DNA of 64,000 nucleotides from Arenicellales bacterium (GCA_965219265.1 OZ244730.1:3047767-3111766); one strand, 5' to 3'; positions 9,797-19,761 are shown, counted from the stretch's first letter. Numbers and translations are program-made. The notes: generated by a model not told the origin, from the letters alone.

Positions 9797-10168
9797 GTGC
9801 GCATAAAAAATAAATTGGATATAGTCACCCAAGACACGATCAGTTTAAATTTTGAATTCCAAAGAGGTGGTCAGTTAGAGAAAAGGGAAGCAAATCTGCA
9901 ATCACGCTATAGCGTTTGTCCACTAGACTGCCCTGACACCTGCAGCTTGGAGGTGACAGTCAGGGAGGATCAGTTGATCAAAGTTCGCGGTTCCAGCGTT
10001 AATCCTTATACATACGGTGTGATTTGCAACAAGGTTGCCCGCAGTTATTCGAAAATGGTTCACGGAAAACTTCGATTGATTGCTCCGTTAAAAGGTACAG
10101 GCACTCGAGGTTCAGGACGGTTTGCCGCTATCACGTGGAACGAAGCGCTTGATGAGTTACTAGAATAG
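9797..10168 (+). pseudogene. N-terminal fragment (~120 aa) of a molybdopterin (bis-MGD) oxidoreductase; the rest of the gene is missing
   Basis: CPLDCPDTCSLEV...GVICNKV...RFAAITWNEALDEL is the 4Fe-4S Mo/W-bis-MGD N-terminal domain. Such enzymes are ~700 aa. Here the frame stops at 10168 and no continuation is visible in any frame. Confidence 0.65.
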
Positions 10169-10570
10169 ACTCGGCTTTGGAATTCTGATGCACTCCGTAG
10201 TACGAAACTAACAACGAAAATCTCAACATTTTCGGGTTGACGAAAAACAACCGCTTGCAAGTTGACCCACGTTTCGATGATCATTTTTAACTAATTGGCA
10301 AGCGGTTGCACGCACGAAAGATTAGGCGGGAACCAGCTCATCGCAATGTCAAAAAAATTGCCGACGTATTCGCTACGCAGGTCATCAATGAACGCAATCC
10401 GGCATTTGAAATCTGAATTCAGCCTGAATAGATTGGTCCAAGACACGATTCATACAGATTCTGCCAACACTCCATAAGTTGGTGAGAATTGCGTGCCAGA
10501 ATTGTCTACAACGGCATTTACTATTGTGCGAATCTGGAGTTAAACTCAAACTCTGTTGGGCGTATGATTG

Positions 10571-10722
10571 AAAAAACTGGCAGCATCGACATCAAACGAA
10601 TTGCTTGACAGATCATGTGACCTGACTCAAAATTCCGTTGTCTATCAACGCTGCCATATAGCGCAAGAGGAGAATTAGCTATAGAAATCGTGCATCATTT
10701 GTTTAAATGATAATGATAATGA
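10571..10722 (-). ncRNA. Candidate Fur-repressed small RNA (~150 nt)
   Basis: Minus-strand promoter: TTGACA (10755..10750), a 16-17 nt spacer, then GATAAT/ATAATG (10733..10727), overlapped by a near-consensus Fur box. The transcript carries an unpaired C/U-rich stretch UUCUCCUCUUGCGC (anti-Shine-Dalgarno-like). It ends in a long stem (GGCAGCGUUGAU...GUCGAUGCUGCC) followed by AGUUUUUUC. There is no ORF of 60 aa or more on this strand. Confidence 0.45.
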
Positions 10723-10733
10723 TTATCATTATC
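10709..10733. promoter_or_regulatory. Fur box
   Basis: GATAATGATAATGATTATC (10709-10727) has one mismatch to the 19-bp consensus GATAATGATAATCATTATC. The hexamer repeats extend to 10733. Confidence 0.8.
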
Positions 10734-10964
10734 TACATCTAATTCCATTTGTCAACACTTTGATTAAATTTTTTTCTGCTTTTGTTGAACTCGTTCTTGA
10801 AATTCAGCAATGCACTTCATTGACTCAATCACTCCAGCAGAATTTTTGCTGGCGCAAATCAAGAAACGGTAAAACCGGGACAGGTCAGTCAAAGGCAATC
10901 TGGCGAACTTGAATCAGCTCGTCAAGTTGCTTGAGAAATTAAAGGTAGCTCTGAACTAAGTGTG

Positions 10965-11474
10965 CTACTTGTTCTTGATTTCTCGGTACTTGACTTCGTA
11001 AGATTCGGATGTGGTGGAAGAATCTTTACGTACGAGTCTTTCTGCAAAGTGACTCAGGCATATCGCTGCAAGTGCTCGACGCAATCTAGGCGTCAGACAT
11101 AGAAATCCGATGGTATCGGTCACGAAACCCGGTGTAATGAGTAACGCTCCGGCGACTAGAAGAAACAAGCCTTCAATGAGTTCCATGGCGGGCGCTTCGC
11201 CTTTTCTTAGGTTCTGTATCGCCCTATGCAGAGTCAATATTCCTTGAATTCGGACTAACCATGCTCCAATCAACGCTGTTGAAACGACGCCGAGCACGGT
11301 CCAGCCGGCACCGATGACTTCACCAATCTGAATCAGTAAATAGATTTCCGCGATTGGGATCAGAAGAAAACATACAAATAGAAGGGTGAACGGTTTCAAT
11401 GAATCGATTGAATATGGTGATTTGTCACTCGGGCCAGATTCTGTCAACAGCCTCAGTGATGCGATGAACGTCAT
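10965..11474 (-). CDS. fxsA: FxsA family inner-membrane protein
   Basis: LLFVCFLLIPIAEIYLLIQIGEVIG...LLITPGFVTDTIGFLCLTPRLR is typical of FxsA. A TTG at 11399 (MKPFTLLF...) is the more likely start and removes the overlap with the upstream gene. Confidence 0.7.
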   Translation of the reverse strand: MTFIASLRLLTESGPSDKSPYSIDSLKPFTLLFVCFLLIPIAEIYLLIQIGEVIGAGWTVLGVVSTALIGAWLVRIQGILTLHRAIQNLRKGEAPAMELIEGLFLLVAGALLITPGFVTDTIGFLCLTPRLRRALAAICLSHFAERLVRKDSSTTSESYEVKYREIKNK

Positions 11475-12195
11475 CTGTCAGCCGGTGGTCTCCTTGTTGC
11501 AGAATTTCTATTTCCACTTGCGATTGAACGTGTTTCTGGAACTTTACACTTTGGTCTGCAGGGACAACATCGTCGAGAGCACCGTGCAGTATCCTTACTG
11601 GATGATTGTAACTTACAGGATGGGAAAACAAGTCGTAATCCAGTGAATCGAAAACAGCATCGTGTGCAAGCGTGAAGTCGCTGTCCGGATAGGCGCTCTC
11701 AAACGTTTTAAATCCAGTCTCTTTCCATTGCTGCTGTTCCGCTGGGTCAAGATTATGGAAAATAGTCTTTATGAAACTGAAAGCCGGTGCGATCAGGACT
11801 AAACCACGAATGTTTAAGGTTGAATCCAAAGCCGCCTGAGCTGCAACCCATCCTCCCATGCTTGAGCCCACAAGCACTTTCGGGCGATCTGGAAAAATAG
11901 AAAGAACCAGGCTTGTATCTTCGATCGCCCGTGAAATTCGAAACTCGTCGAATGACCCGTCAGATTGACCGTGTGCACGCATGTCGAATCGAATCCACGA
12001 ACGATTTGCATGCACTGCTTGGTGCCAAAGAGTCATGGATTTCGTACCTTCAGCGTCAGACAATAGGCCGTGAAGAAATGCACCAACAGGACCTTGTCCT
12101 GAATCTCGATAAACACCTCGAACCAGTTGTCCATCTGCGGCGGGAATGGCAAAGGATTTTTCTACTACAGACACACGTCGCTCCTCGAAACTCAA
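11425..12195 (-). CDS. Alpha/beta-fold hydrolase
   Basis: 256 aa with the nucleophile elbow GSSMGG and a C-terminal GDH motif. Confidence 0.6.
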   Translation of the reverse strand: MSFEERRVSVVEKSFAIPAADGQLVRGVYRDSGQGPVGAFLHGLLSDAEGTKSMTLWHQAVHANRSWIRFDMRAHGQSDGSFDEFRISRAIEDTSLVLSIFPDRPKVLVGSSMGGWVAAQAALDSTLNIRGLVLIAPAFSFIKTIFHNLDPAEQQQWKETGFKTFESAYPDSDFTLAHDAVFDSLDYDLFSHPVSYNHPVRILHGALDDVVPADQSVKFQKHVQSQVEIEILQQGDHRLTDDVHRITEAVDRIWPE

Positions 12196-12269
12196 TATAA
12201 AGTTTCTGACTGCAAATTCAAGTGTGTCGCAACGATTGTAAGGTTGCTGCTATGCAGGCCGGGCAGGAC

Positions 12270-13457
12270 TTACGAATTTGGGCGAAACAGATTTCTGAGT
12301 CGATTTTTCAGCCCCATGCTGGCACCTCTAGTTGGATCTTGTCGTCCAGATTCCGCCAGCAGGCGAATTGCCTGATCACTGTAGTTGATTTCCTCTTCTC
12401 CATTCCTTCTGAATATGACGACATGTTCAATGTTCGGCCTCAATCCTATCCATTCTCCGATTAGATGGTTGTGGTGGGAGTCAGCAAGACAGATGACCTG
12501 TTGCCCATTCTCAAGCCGAAGTCGATACATAAAATGAGAGCCGCGAAATGATTTGTGTAAAACCTCGCCGGTAATCGCACTATCGTCGTCATGAAGAATA
12601 TCATCGGGTCGCAACAGAATATCCACCTGTTCGTCCTTGTTCAAAAGCATGCCTTTGCTGATGGAATGACGGCCGAATACAGTCTTCAAGTTTTGATCAT
12701 CGATAACTGTAGCTGGAATTAATTCCCCTTCTCCTATGAACTGAGCAGTGAAGCGATCGCCGGGTTTGTGGTAGAGATTGAACGGGACGTCCCATTGATG
12801 AATTCTTCCATTTTCCATCACTCCGATTTTGTCTGCAATGGCAAACGCTTCGTGGTGGTCATGCGTGACTAGAATTGCACTGATATTTTCGTGATTGAGT
12901 ATCACCCTGACCTCAGGAATCAGAGTCCGGCGAAGCTCAGCGTCGAGATTTGAGAACGCTTCGTCCATCAGCAACAGGTTCGGTCTCGGAGCGATGGCTC
13001 TCGCCAGTGCGACGCGCTGCTGTTCACCACCGGATAGAGAATGGGGATGCCGATCACCGTAGCCAGTCAGGCCGATCAGTTCCAGCAATTCATTCACACG
13101 TTTTGCCTGATTTTTTGCACTCCAGTTTCGCAAACCAAACGCAATGTTCTTTGCCACGCTGATGTGCGGAAACATGACTACATCCTGGAACACCATGCCA
13201 ATGCCGCGTTTCTCCGGTGCAAGAATATGATTCGGTGTTGACACAGCATCACCATTCATGGAGACGCTACCACTCAACGGTTGCTCAAAGCCTGCAATGC
13301 ATCTCAACAGGGTGGATTTTCCGCAACCGCTAGGTCCGAGAATGCACCCGATTTCTCCCTTGTTCAGCGTAAAGCCTGCATTGAATACTACGGCTTTATC
13401 TTCATAGGCAATGAAAACCCCGCGAACATCCACGATAGGATGGTCTTCTTTTATCAT
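12270..13457 (-). CDS. Fe3+/polyamine-type ABC transporter ATP-binding protein (FbpC-like)
   Basis: Walker A GPSGCGKSTLL, signature LSGGEQQRVALARA, Walker B LLMDEAFS, plus a C-terminal TOBE-like extension. Confidence 0.8.
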   Translation of the reverse strand: MIKEDHPIVDVRGVFIAYEDKAVVFNAGFTLNKGEIGCILGPSGCGKSTLLRCIAGFEQPLSGSVSMNGDAVSTPNHILAPEKRGIGMVFQDVVMFPHISVAKNIAFGLRNWSAKNQAKRVNELLELIGLTGYGDRHPHSLSGGEQQRVALARAIAPRPNLLLMDEAFSNLDAELRRTLIPEVRVILNHENISAILVTHDHHEAFAIADKIGVMENGRIHQWDVPFNLYHKPGDRFTAQFIGEGELIPATVIDDQNLKTVFGRHSISKGMLLNKDEQVDILLRPDDILHDDDSAITGEVLHKSFRGSHFMYRLRLENGQQVICLADSHHNHLIGEWIGLRPNIEHVVIFRRNGEEEINYSDQAIRLLAESGRQDPTRGASMGLKNRLRNLFRPNS

Positions 13458-13484
13458 ATCCGTTGTAGATTTTGATTACGTGAC

Positions 13485-15134
13485 TCAGTGTTCTGATGTA
13501 CTACCGCGTGATATCGATTTGCTTATCAGTATGACGGGAATTATACCGGTAGCAATGATCACTAGGGATGGAAGGGCAGCATCGATCAGTCTTTCATCGG
13601 AAGCAAGTTCATAGGCTCGAACTGCAAGAGTATTGAAATCAAAAGGGCGCAGAATCAGGGTTGCTGGTAATTCTTTTAGAACGTCGACAAACACGATGAG
13701 AACCGCAGTAAGCAATGAGCTCGTCAGAAGCGGCACATGAACCTTGCCAACAACTTCAAAAGCCCGATACCCCAAGCCTCGTGCTACATAATCCATGTTG
13801 GGTCGGATCTTTTCCATTCCAGATTGAACCGAACCGAGTGAAATTGCAAGAAATCTCACAGTGTACGCGAAAAGAAGCGCAAATATCGATCCTGACAAGA
13901 TCAATCCGATATTCACACCAAATATGGAACGTGCAAAATCAATCAGCCGATGGTCAATCCAAGCCAGCGGGACAATAATGCCAACTGCGATGACCGCACC
14001 TGGAATTGCATAACCCAAACCTGAAATTCCGACAAATCCTTGTACCAGTCTAGCTTTACTGGTTCGTCTTGCATATCCCAGAACAATCGCCAGGGTTACC
14101 GCGATCAATGCTGCCACAATAGCAAGAAAAAAGGAATTCCAGACTAGCTTGCCAAACGCCGCTACATTCAACTCGGCATCGAATAGCACCCACTTCAGTA
14201 GTATCAAAGCGGGAAGAATGAAACCAAGAAAGATCGGCAACAGGCACATTAACCAAGCGAACAAGGCATGCTTTCCTCGAAGTTGAATTCTGATCTGGTG
14301 AATTGTTTTCCCGTTGGCGGAATGATAACGGGCTTTACGGCGCGAATACCGTTCGATAAAAATCAGCAAAGCCACGAAACCCAGCAACATGGTTGAAAGC
14401 TGTGCGGCAGCAGTGGCATCTCCGAAACCATAGAAAGCACGAAAAATACCTGTAGTAAAGGTGCCAATTCCGAAATATTCGACGGTTCCAAAATCCGCCA
14501 GTGTCTCCATTAACGCCAGAGATACGCCGGTGACGATAGCGGGTCTTGCGAGGGGTATTGCAAGACGAACAAAACCCTGCGGGATACTGTAGCCAAGCGT
14601 TCGACTGGCTTCAAGGAAGCTGACAGATTGCTCAAGAAACGCAGCCCGAGCGAGAAGATATACATAGGGATATAGCACGAATGAAAACATTGCAATTGCA
14701 CCCGGAACCGACCGGATCGAAAAATACAGGTGTTTCGAAAGACTTTCATCCGCAACCTCGCGTACAAAACTGAACACCGGCCCGGCATAGTCCAGAATGC
14801 CTGTATAGGTATACGCAATAATGTAGGCAGGAAATGCCAGTGGCAACAGCAATGCCCACACAAAATATTTGCGGCCTGGGAACTCGCAAACGCTTGTAAA
14901 CCAGGCCGCAGGTACGCCTATCAGCAGCGTCATCACACCAACTCCAATAGCAAGCATCAGAGAATTTGCCACGTAGGTGCCGAGAACGGTATTCGCTAGA
15001 TGGCCTAGGATATCGACACTGCCTGTAACAAAGATTGAAGCGGTTATGACGATTATCGGCGAAGCAATGACAATCGTGATCAGCGAGGCTGACCAGCCGA
15101 GCGGCCCGAATCCTGAATAGCGCGTGAGTTGCAT
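13485..15134 (-). CDS. Fe3+ ABC transporter permease, duplicated two-domain type (FbpB-like)
   Basis: 549 aa with about 12 predicted TM segments arranged as two repeated permease halves. Confidence 0.75.
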   Translation of the reverse strand: MQLTRYSGFGPLGWSASLITIVIASPIIVITASIFVTGSVDILGHLANTVLGTYVANSLMLAIGVGVMTLLIGVPAAWFTSVCEFPGRKYFVWALLLPLAFPAYIIAYTYTGILDYAGPVFSFVREVADESLSKHLYFSIRSVPGAIAMFSFVLYPYVYLLARAAFLEQSVSFLEASRTLGYSIPQGFVRLAIPLARPAIVTGVSLALMETLADFGTVEYFGIGTFTTGIFRAFYGFGDATAAAQLSTMLLGFVALLIFIERYSRRKARYHSANGKTIHQIRIQLRGKHALFAWLMCLLPIFLGFILPALILLKWVLFDAELNVAAFGKLVWNSFFLAIVAALIAVTLAIVLGYARRTSKARLVQGFVGISGLGYAIPGAVIAVGIIVPLAWIDHRLIDFARSIFGVNIGLILSGSIFALLFAYTVRFLAISLGSVQSGMEKIRPNMDYVARGLGYRAFEVVGKVHVPLLTSSLLTAVLIVFVDVLKELPATLILRPFDFNTLAVRAYELASDERLIDAALPSLVIIATGIIPVILISKSISRGSTSEH

Positions 15135-15216
15135 CAGTTACTAAAGCGGATGTAATTTACAGTTCGGGTGTCGAATTTCTTGCATTCTTGTCAGATAACA
15201 ATCTGCGATTAGCAAC

Positions 15217-16254
15217 TTATTGCCAACCCGCAATGTCCATGATTTCCACAGCCGGTTTGTTGTTATCGCCCAGCATGGTCAAATTCAGGCTATCAGCTTT
15301 GAATGGTCCCAATTTCTGCAACACATCCGATGCAGATATATCTGGGACGACTGGATACTCCTGATTGACTTGCGCATACCAGGACTGCGATTCCGGTGTA
15401 AGCAGAAATTCAATTAGAAGCAGTGCATTGTCCCTGTTTTTCGCGTGAGTTGTAATCCCGGCACCGCTGATGTTTACATGCGTCCCACGATCTCCCTCTG
15501 CTTGATTTGCCCAGAACACTTTTACTTTCTCGACGACCGCTTGAGCGTCTTCCTTGTCACTTGCGGCCAACCGGCCATAGTAATATGTATTCGCGATTGC
15601 AATGTCGCATTGACCGGCGGCGACTGCTTTGATTTGATCGGTATCTCCACCAGCAGGAGATCTGGCAAAGTTCGATACGAGTCCTTCTATCCAAGCGAGG
15701 GTGGCTTCCTTACCGAGCGAAGCAATCATGGAAGCGACAAGTGACTGGTTGTAAATATTTCCAGAAGAGCGTACGCAAATCCTGTTTTTCCAGCTTGGAT
15801 CGGCCAACTGCTCATAAGTAGATAGCTCCTCTGAACTGACTCTTTCAGGTGAATACATTATGGTTCGCGCTCGTTGTGAAAGGCCGACCCAATAGTCATC
15901 CCGGTCTCGCAAATTTTCCGGAACCACTGCATTGATGGAATCGCTCCCTAGCTGCTGCAGTACGTTGGCTTGTTTTGCCCGGTGCAGTCTGCCTGCATCT
16001 ACGGTAATGAAAATATCAGCTGGTGTTGCTTCACCTTCCAGTTCTATGCGTTTCAGCAGGGCATCGGCTTTTCCGGTGATCAGTTTGAAATCAATTCCAG
16101 TCTGCTCACGAAATTGTTCAAGCACCGGAAGAATCAGCGCTTCTTTTCTGGCAGAATAAATATTTACAACCTCATCATCAGCCATCGCAGATTGTGCTGT
16201 ACACACCAGGCATAGAAGGATGGCGAAAAGAATACTGCTTGATTTTTTAAACAT
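15217..16254 (-). CDS. Fe3+ ABC transporter periplasmic substrate-binding protein (FbpA/AfuA/FutA-like)
   Basis: 345 aa with a signal peptide MFKKSSSILFAILLCLVCTAQSAMA. Sequence resembles the iron-binding protein family. A Fur box lies directly upstream. Confidence 0.75.
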   Translation of the reverse strand: MFKKSSSILFAILLCLVCTAQSAMADDEVVNIYSARKEALILPVLEQFREQTGIDFKLITGKADALLKRIELEGEATPADIFITVDAGRLHRAKQANVLQQLGSDSINAVVPENLRDRDDYWVGLSQRARTIMYSPERVSSEELSTYEQLADPSWKNRICVRSSGNIYNQSLVASMIASLGKEATLAWIEGLVSNFARSPAGGDTDQIKAVAAGQCDIAIANTYYYGRLAASDKEDAQAVVEKVKVFWANQAEGDRGTHVNISGAGITTHAKNRDNALLLIEFLLTPESQSWYAQVNQEYPVVPDISASDVLQKLGPFKADSLNLTMLGDNNKPAVEIMDIAGWQ

Positions 16255-16307
16255 CGTCAGTTACCTCTGTAGTAGTGATGTTTAGAACTAGGAACAGATA
16301 TGATAAT

Positions 16308-16326
16308 ACAAATGATAATCATTATC
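16308..16326. promoter_or_regulatory. Fur box in the divergent promoter region of the iron ABC operon
   Basis: ACAAATGATAATCATTATC: the last 16 nt match the Fur consensus exactly. Confidence 0.8.
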
Positions 16327-16573
16327 ATTATTAGTTAGTGTAGATTTTACCACATTGCGTAGTCGATTCTGTGCGCCTCTTTCTATTCAATCTCGCAACA
16401 TTCGCTGAATTGCTCAATCAACCATTCAGTGAACAGATACTCCAATTCTCCAACTACACTTTAAGAGAAATCATCCAATAGTAAAATTGAGGTCTATGAA
16501 TTCAACAATAAACGAACTTGCAGCCATCTATGCTTGTCTAAAGAGTGGGAGCAATTAACTGATTGAAATAAGC

Positions 16574-18556
16574 ATGAGAACACTGACAGGTTTATTAATT
16601 ATTCTTATCGTCTCCGTAGCGAGTGCCCAGAGCGAAGATGATCTGCTTCCCCCTGAGCAAGCGTTTGCCTTCAGCAGTGAACTGGTTGGAAACGAACTCA
16701 TCGCTTCCTGGGACATCGCCGACGACTACTACATGTATCAGGACAAGTTCGTCGCGGCTTCTCAGACAGAAGGAGTTCAGATTGGCGAGCTTGCACTGCC
16801 GCCTGGCAAGATAAAAGAGGATCCGCTGTTCGGGGAAGTCGTCACCTACACGGACCGGGTTGAAATTCGAATTCCGCTTGTTGCCGCCCGCTCCGTAACA
16901 GGCATAAATCTTGAGGTATGGGGACAAGGATGCAACGAACCCATCGGAGTGTGCTATCCGCCACTCAAGAGCGAAGTGTCCATGCCATTTGCCTTGATCC
17001 CTGTTGCGCAAGCCTCTCATACTACCGAAACCACTTCGTTTGGGGTAGAGGATACCCCCAAAATGAATCAGTTGACAGTAATTGAACCTGCTTCAACTGA
17101 CAAGTCTCTTTCTTCGCTGGACAGCTTGTTTTCAAACATTCCGAGTGTGACCGAGGATAATCTGCTTGAAGTGGATGATGCATTCATTTTAAACGTCTGG
17201 ATAATCGATGGCGAACGATTGAAAGCGTCCTTCGACGTTGCTGAGGGCTATTACCTGTATCGAGACAAACTGAAATTTGAAGCGATGGGTGATGCAAGAC
17301 TATTACGGCCGGTTTTACCGGATAGCGAACTGATGAATGATGCTTTTTTTGGAGAAACTTTTATCTATCCAAAGAACTTTGATGTTGATATCCCGCTTCT
17401 GCGTTCTGGTCCCAGCAAAGGCAAATTACAGTTGGCCGCAGAGTATCAGGGGTGTGCCAAAGATCTGATCTGTTATCCACCGGTTAAGAAAACATTCGAC
17501 GTAGTACTTACAAATCTAGTCGATTCTGCTAATGCAGCACAATCATCACCAGCCAAAGCGACCGAGACACCATCAGGAAAGGCTGGCAGTTCGACTTGGT
17601 GGCTAGTGCTGACAGCATTCGGCACTGGTTTACTGCTAACTTTCACACCCTGTGTGCTGCCGCTGATACCAATACTTTCTTCGATCATTGCAGGAAATGA
17701 GAGTTCCAGCGGTAGAATCCGAGGTGGTAGTTTAGCGATCATCTATGTTTTAGGAACGGTTGTCGCTTATGCGATCGTCGGAGCTGTTGCGGGTGCTACC
17801 GGAGACCAATTGCAGGCATACTTTCAGAACGCATGGGCTATCGGAATCATGAGCGCCGTATTTGCACTAATGGCGCTTTCACTTTTTGGCTTGTACGAGA
17901 TCAGGATGCCTTCTGTATTCGAGAGCAAAGTTCAACAGAGCACAATGAAAATCGGTGGCGGAAAATTCAGCGCAGTTTTCGTGCTGGGGATTTTATCGGC
18001 ACTAGTCGTGAGTGCCTGCGTGTCGCCTCTGCTTATATCCGTTCTCGGCATTGCGATTGCCAAGGCCGACCCTTATCTGGGCGCTGCAATGATGACTTCA
18101 ATGGCACTGGGAATGGGTGCGGTACTGATCGCAATCGGATTTGGAATCGGGGTTGTGCTTCCCAAAGCCGGATTGTGGATGGATCGATTGAAGCAGGGGT
18201 TTGGAGTGATGTTGCTCGGCGTTACCGTTTACTTGCTCGGCAATATTCCGGAAGTTCCCGTACTTCTGTTGTGGGCGGCACTATTCATTGTAACGGGTGT
18301 GTTTCTTGGGGCCACCCGGGAATTGCCAGTGGATGCGACCGGCTGGAAGGTTTTCTGGAAAGGAATTGGTCTTGTGCTACTTCTGTGGGGCGTGTTGTCT
18401 CTGATTGGCGGAGTTTTAGGCAATCGCGATGTGCTTCGACCTTTGCCGCAAGTGGCATTTGAGAGTCAACCTGTTGCTGTTCCACTTATCTATCCAGGAG
18501 AGAATTTAGACGAAGCATTTTCCAGCGGAAAAACCGTTGCGAGTTTGTCGAGTTAG
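16574..18556 (+). CDS. DsbD/ScsB-family membrane thiol:disulfide electron transporter with two tandem N-terminal periplasmic domains and no C-terminal thioredoxin domain
   Basis: Two DsbD-alpha-like repeats are present: (PEQAFAFS...YYMYQDKF...GCNEPIGVCYPP) and (VDDAFILN...YYLYRDKLKF...GCAKDLICYPP). The CcdA-like core has FTPCVLPLIP and SACVSPLL. Only ~35 aa follow the last TM segment. Confidence 0.75.
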   Translation: MRTLTGLLIILIVSVASAQSEDDLLPPEQAFAFSSELVGNELIASWDIADDYYMYQDKFVAASQTEGVQIGELALPPGKIKEDPLFGEVVTYTDRVEIRIPLVAARSVTGINLEVWGQGCNEPIGVCYPPLKSEVSMPFALIPVAQASHTTETTSFGVEDTPKMNQLTVIEPASTDKSLSSLDSLFSNIPSVTEDNLLEVDDAFILNVWIIDGERLKASFDVAEGYYLYRDKLKFEAMGDARLLRPVLPDSELMNDAFFGETFIYPKNFDVDIPLLRSGPSKGKLQLAAEYQGCAKDLICYPPVKKTFDVVLTNLVDSANAAQSSPAKATETPSGKAGSSTWWLVLTAFGTGLLLTFTPCVLPLIPILSSIIAGNESSSGRIRGGSLAIIYVLGTVVAYAIVGAVAGATGDQLQAYFQNAWAIGIMSAVFALMALSLFGLYEIRMPSVFESKVQQSTMKIGGGKFSAVFVLGILSALVVSACVSPLLISVLGIAIAKADPYLGAAMMTSMALGMGAVLIAIGFGIGVVLPKAGLWMDRLKQGFGVMLLGVTVYLLGNIPEVPVLLLWAALFIVTGVFLGATRELPVDATGWKVFWKGIGLVLLLWGVLSLIGGVLGNRDVLRPLPQVAFESQPVAVPLIYPGENLDEAFSSGKTVASLSS

Positions 18557-18606
18557 TTCATCACACAATTTCTTTGCACTTTGGAGTGCCTTAGCATCAC
18601 CGTTCC

Positions 18607-19140
18607 ATGAGCAAAAGGAACCTTTTACTGATTTGTATCGTTATGGTCGTAGCGTCGACATCGCTTGTTGCCGGTTTGGCATGGCGTTACTACTTGGAAC
18701 CTGCCGAGGCAACTATACAAGACATAGACGATTTGAAGATTTATCAAAGCCAATGGAAATCCTTGAACGGTCCAGCGATTGGCGTTGATGATTGGACTGG
18801 TAAGGTTTTGCTATTGAATTTTTGGGCATCCTGGTGTCCGCCCTGCATTGAGGAGATGCCGCTGCTGGATCAATTCAACGAAAATCATGGCGGAGACCGT
18901 TTACAAATTGTGGGTGTCGTCATGGACTCTGAGGAACCGGCCCGACAATTCCTGATTGACAATGGAATTCGATTTCCATCCGTCATCAGTGAACCTCAGA
19001 TCACTGATCAAATGATGACGCTACTCGGCAATAGTGACCGGATTCTGCCATTTTCGGTTGCATTCTCGAACTCAGGAGCCAAGGTTTTCAAGAAAGCCGG
19101 GCCATTAACCGAGGAAGATCTGCTGAAACTGATCAATTGA
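18607..19140 (+). CDS. TlpA/ResA-like membrane-anchored periplasmic thioredoxin
   Basis: N-terminal TM anchor and the WASWCPPCIEEMP active site (CxxC). Confidence 0.8.
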   Translation: MSKRNLLLICIVMVVASTSLVAGLAWRYYLEPAEATIQDIDDLKIYQSQWKSLNGPAIGVDDWTGKVLLLNFWASWCPPCIEEMPLLDQFNENHGGDRLQIVGVVMDSEEPARQFLIDNGIRFPSVISEPQITDQMMTLLGNSDRILPFSVAFSNSGAKVFKKAGPLTEEDLLKLIN

Positions 19141-19302
19141 TTAAAACATGTGCGGATTTTACTTCCTGGGAAGCAAGTGCAAAATCTCGACCGTGCGCGT
19201 ATTGTTACAAAATAGCAATTAATTACGGCGAAAAAGATACGAATTGCATTTAACTTTGTTTATAATGCCGTTTATATTCAATCAACTTGATCGCATTACG
19301 AT

Positions 19303-19758
19303 ATGGCGAAAATTCTGGTTCTGCACGGTCCCAACCTGAATTTGCTCGGCACAAGAGAGCCCGAGCACTATGGCAGTACGACACTTGACCAAATCAATGA
19401 GCACGTTTCTCGCATTGCCTCTGAAGCAGGTCACGAACTAAATACCAGGCAAAGCAATGCCGAACATCAACTTGTGAATTTCGTGCAGGAAGCGCTCACC
19501 GATCAAGTCGAGTTTATCCTCATCAATCCTGCTGCTTTCACTCACACAAGTGTGGCATTGAGAGATGCCTTGCTGGCGTCCCGCATTCCATTCATCGAAG
19601 TGCATTTGTCCAACGTTTTTCAACGCGAGGAGTTTCGGCATCATTCGTTTTTTTCCGATATCGCTCACGGTGTAATCTGCGGTCTTGGGGCGCAGGGCTA
19701 CGAGTTGGCAGTTCAAGCGGCGATTCGATTTCTGGATCATTCGGCAAGCGATGTATAG
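19303..19758 (+). CDS. aroQ: Type II 3-dehydroquinate dehydratase
   Basis: [24 protein letters not shown]...[17 protein letters not shown]...EVHLSN matches AroQ over its full 151 aa length. Confidence 0.95.
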   Translation: MAKILVLHGPNLNLLGTREPEHYGSTTLDQINEHVSRIASEAGHELNTRQSNAEHQLVNFVQEALTDQVEFILINPAAFTHTSVALRDALLASRIPFIEVHLSNVFQREEFRHHSFFSDIAHGVICGLGAQGYELAVQAAIRFLDHSASDV

Positions 19759-19761
19759 GAC

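Noticed and set aside
10700-10740. Short tandem GATAAT/GATTAT repeats, and the similar run at 16300-16335, as possible CRISPR or microsatellite.
   Set aside because: They are hexameric Fur-box arrays of a single site each. No spacer-repeat periodicity was seen anywhere in the window.
18530-18610. Possible frameshifted relic of a DsbD thioredoxin (gamma) domain (NFFALWSALASPF versus LYADWCVACKEF) after the DsbD-like stop.
   Set aside because: Only ~20 residues of weak similarity are present, with both catalytic Cys absent, and the stretch overlaps the start of the TlpA-like gene. The evidence is insufficient, and the ScsB-type architecture explains the missing domain.
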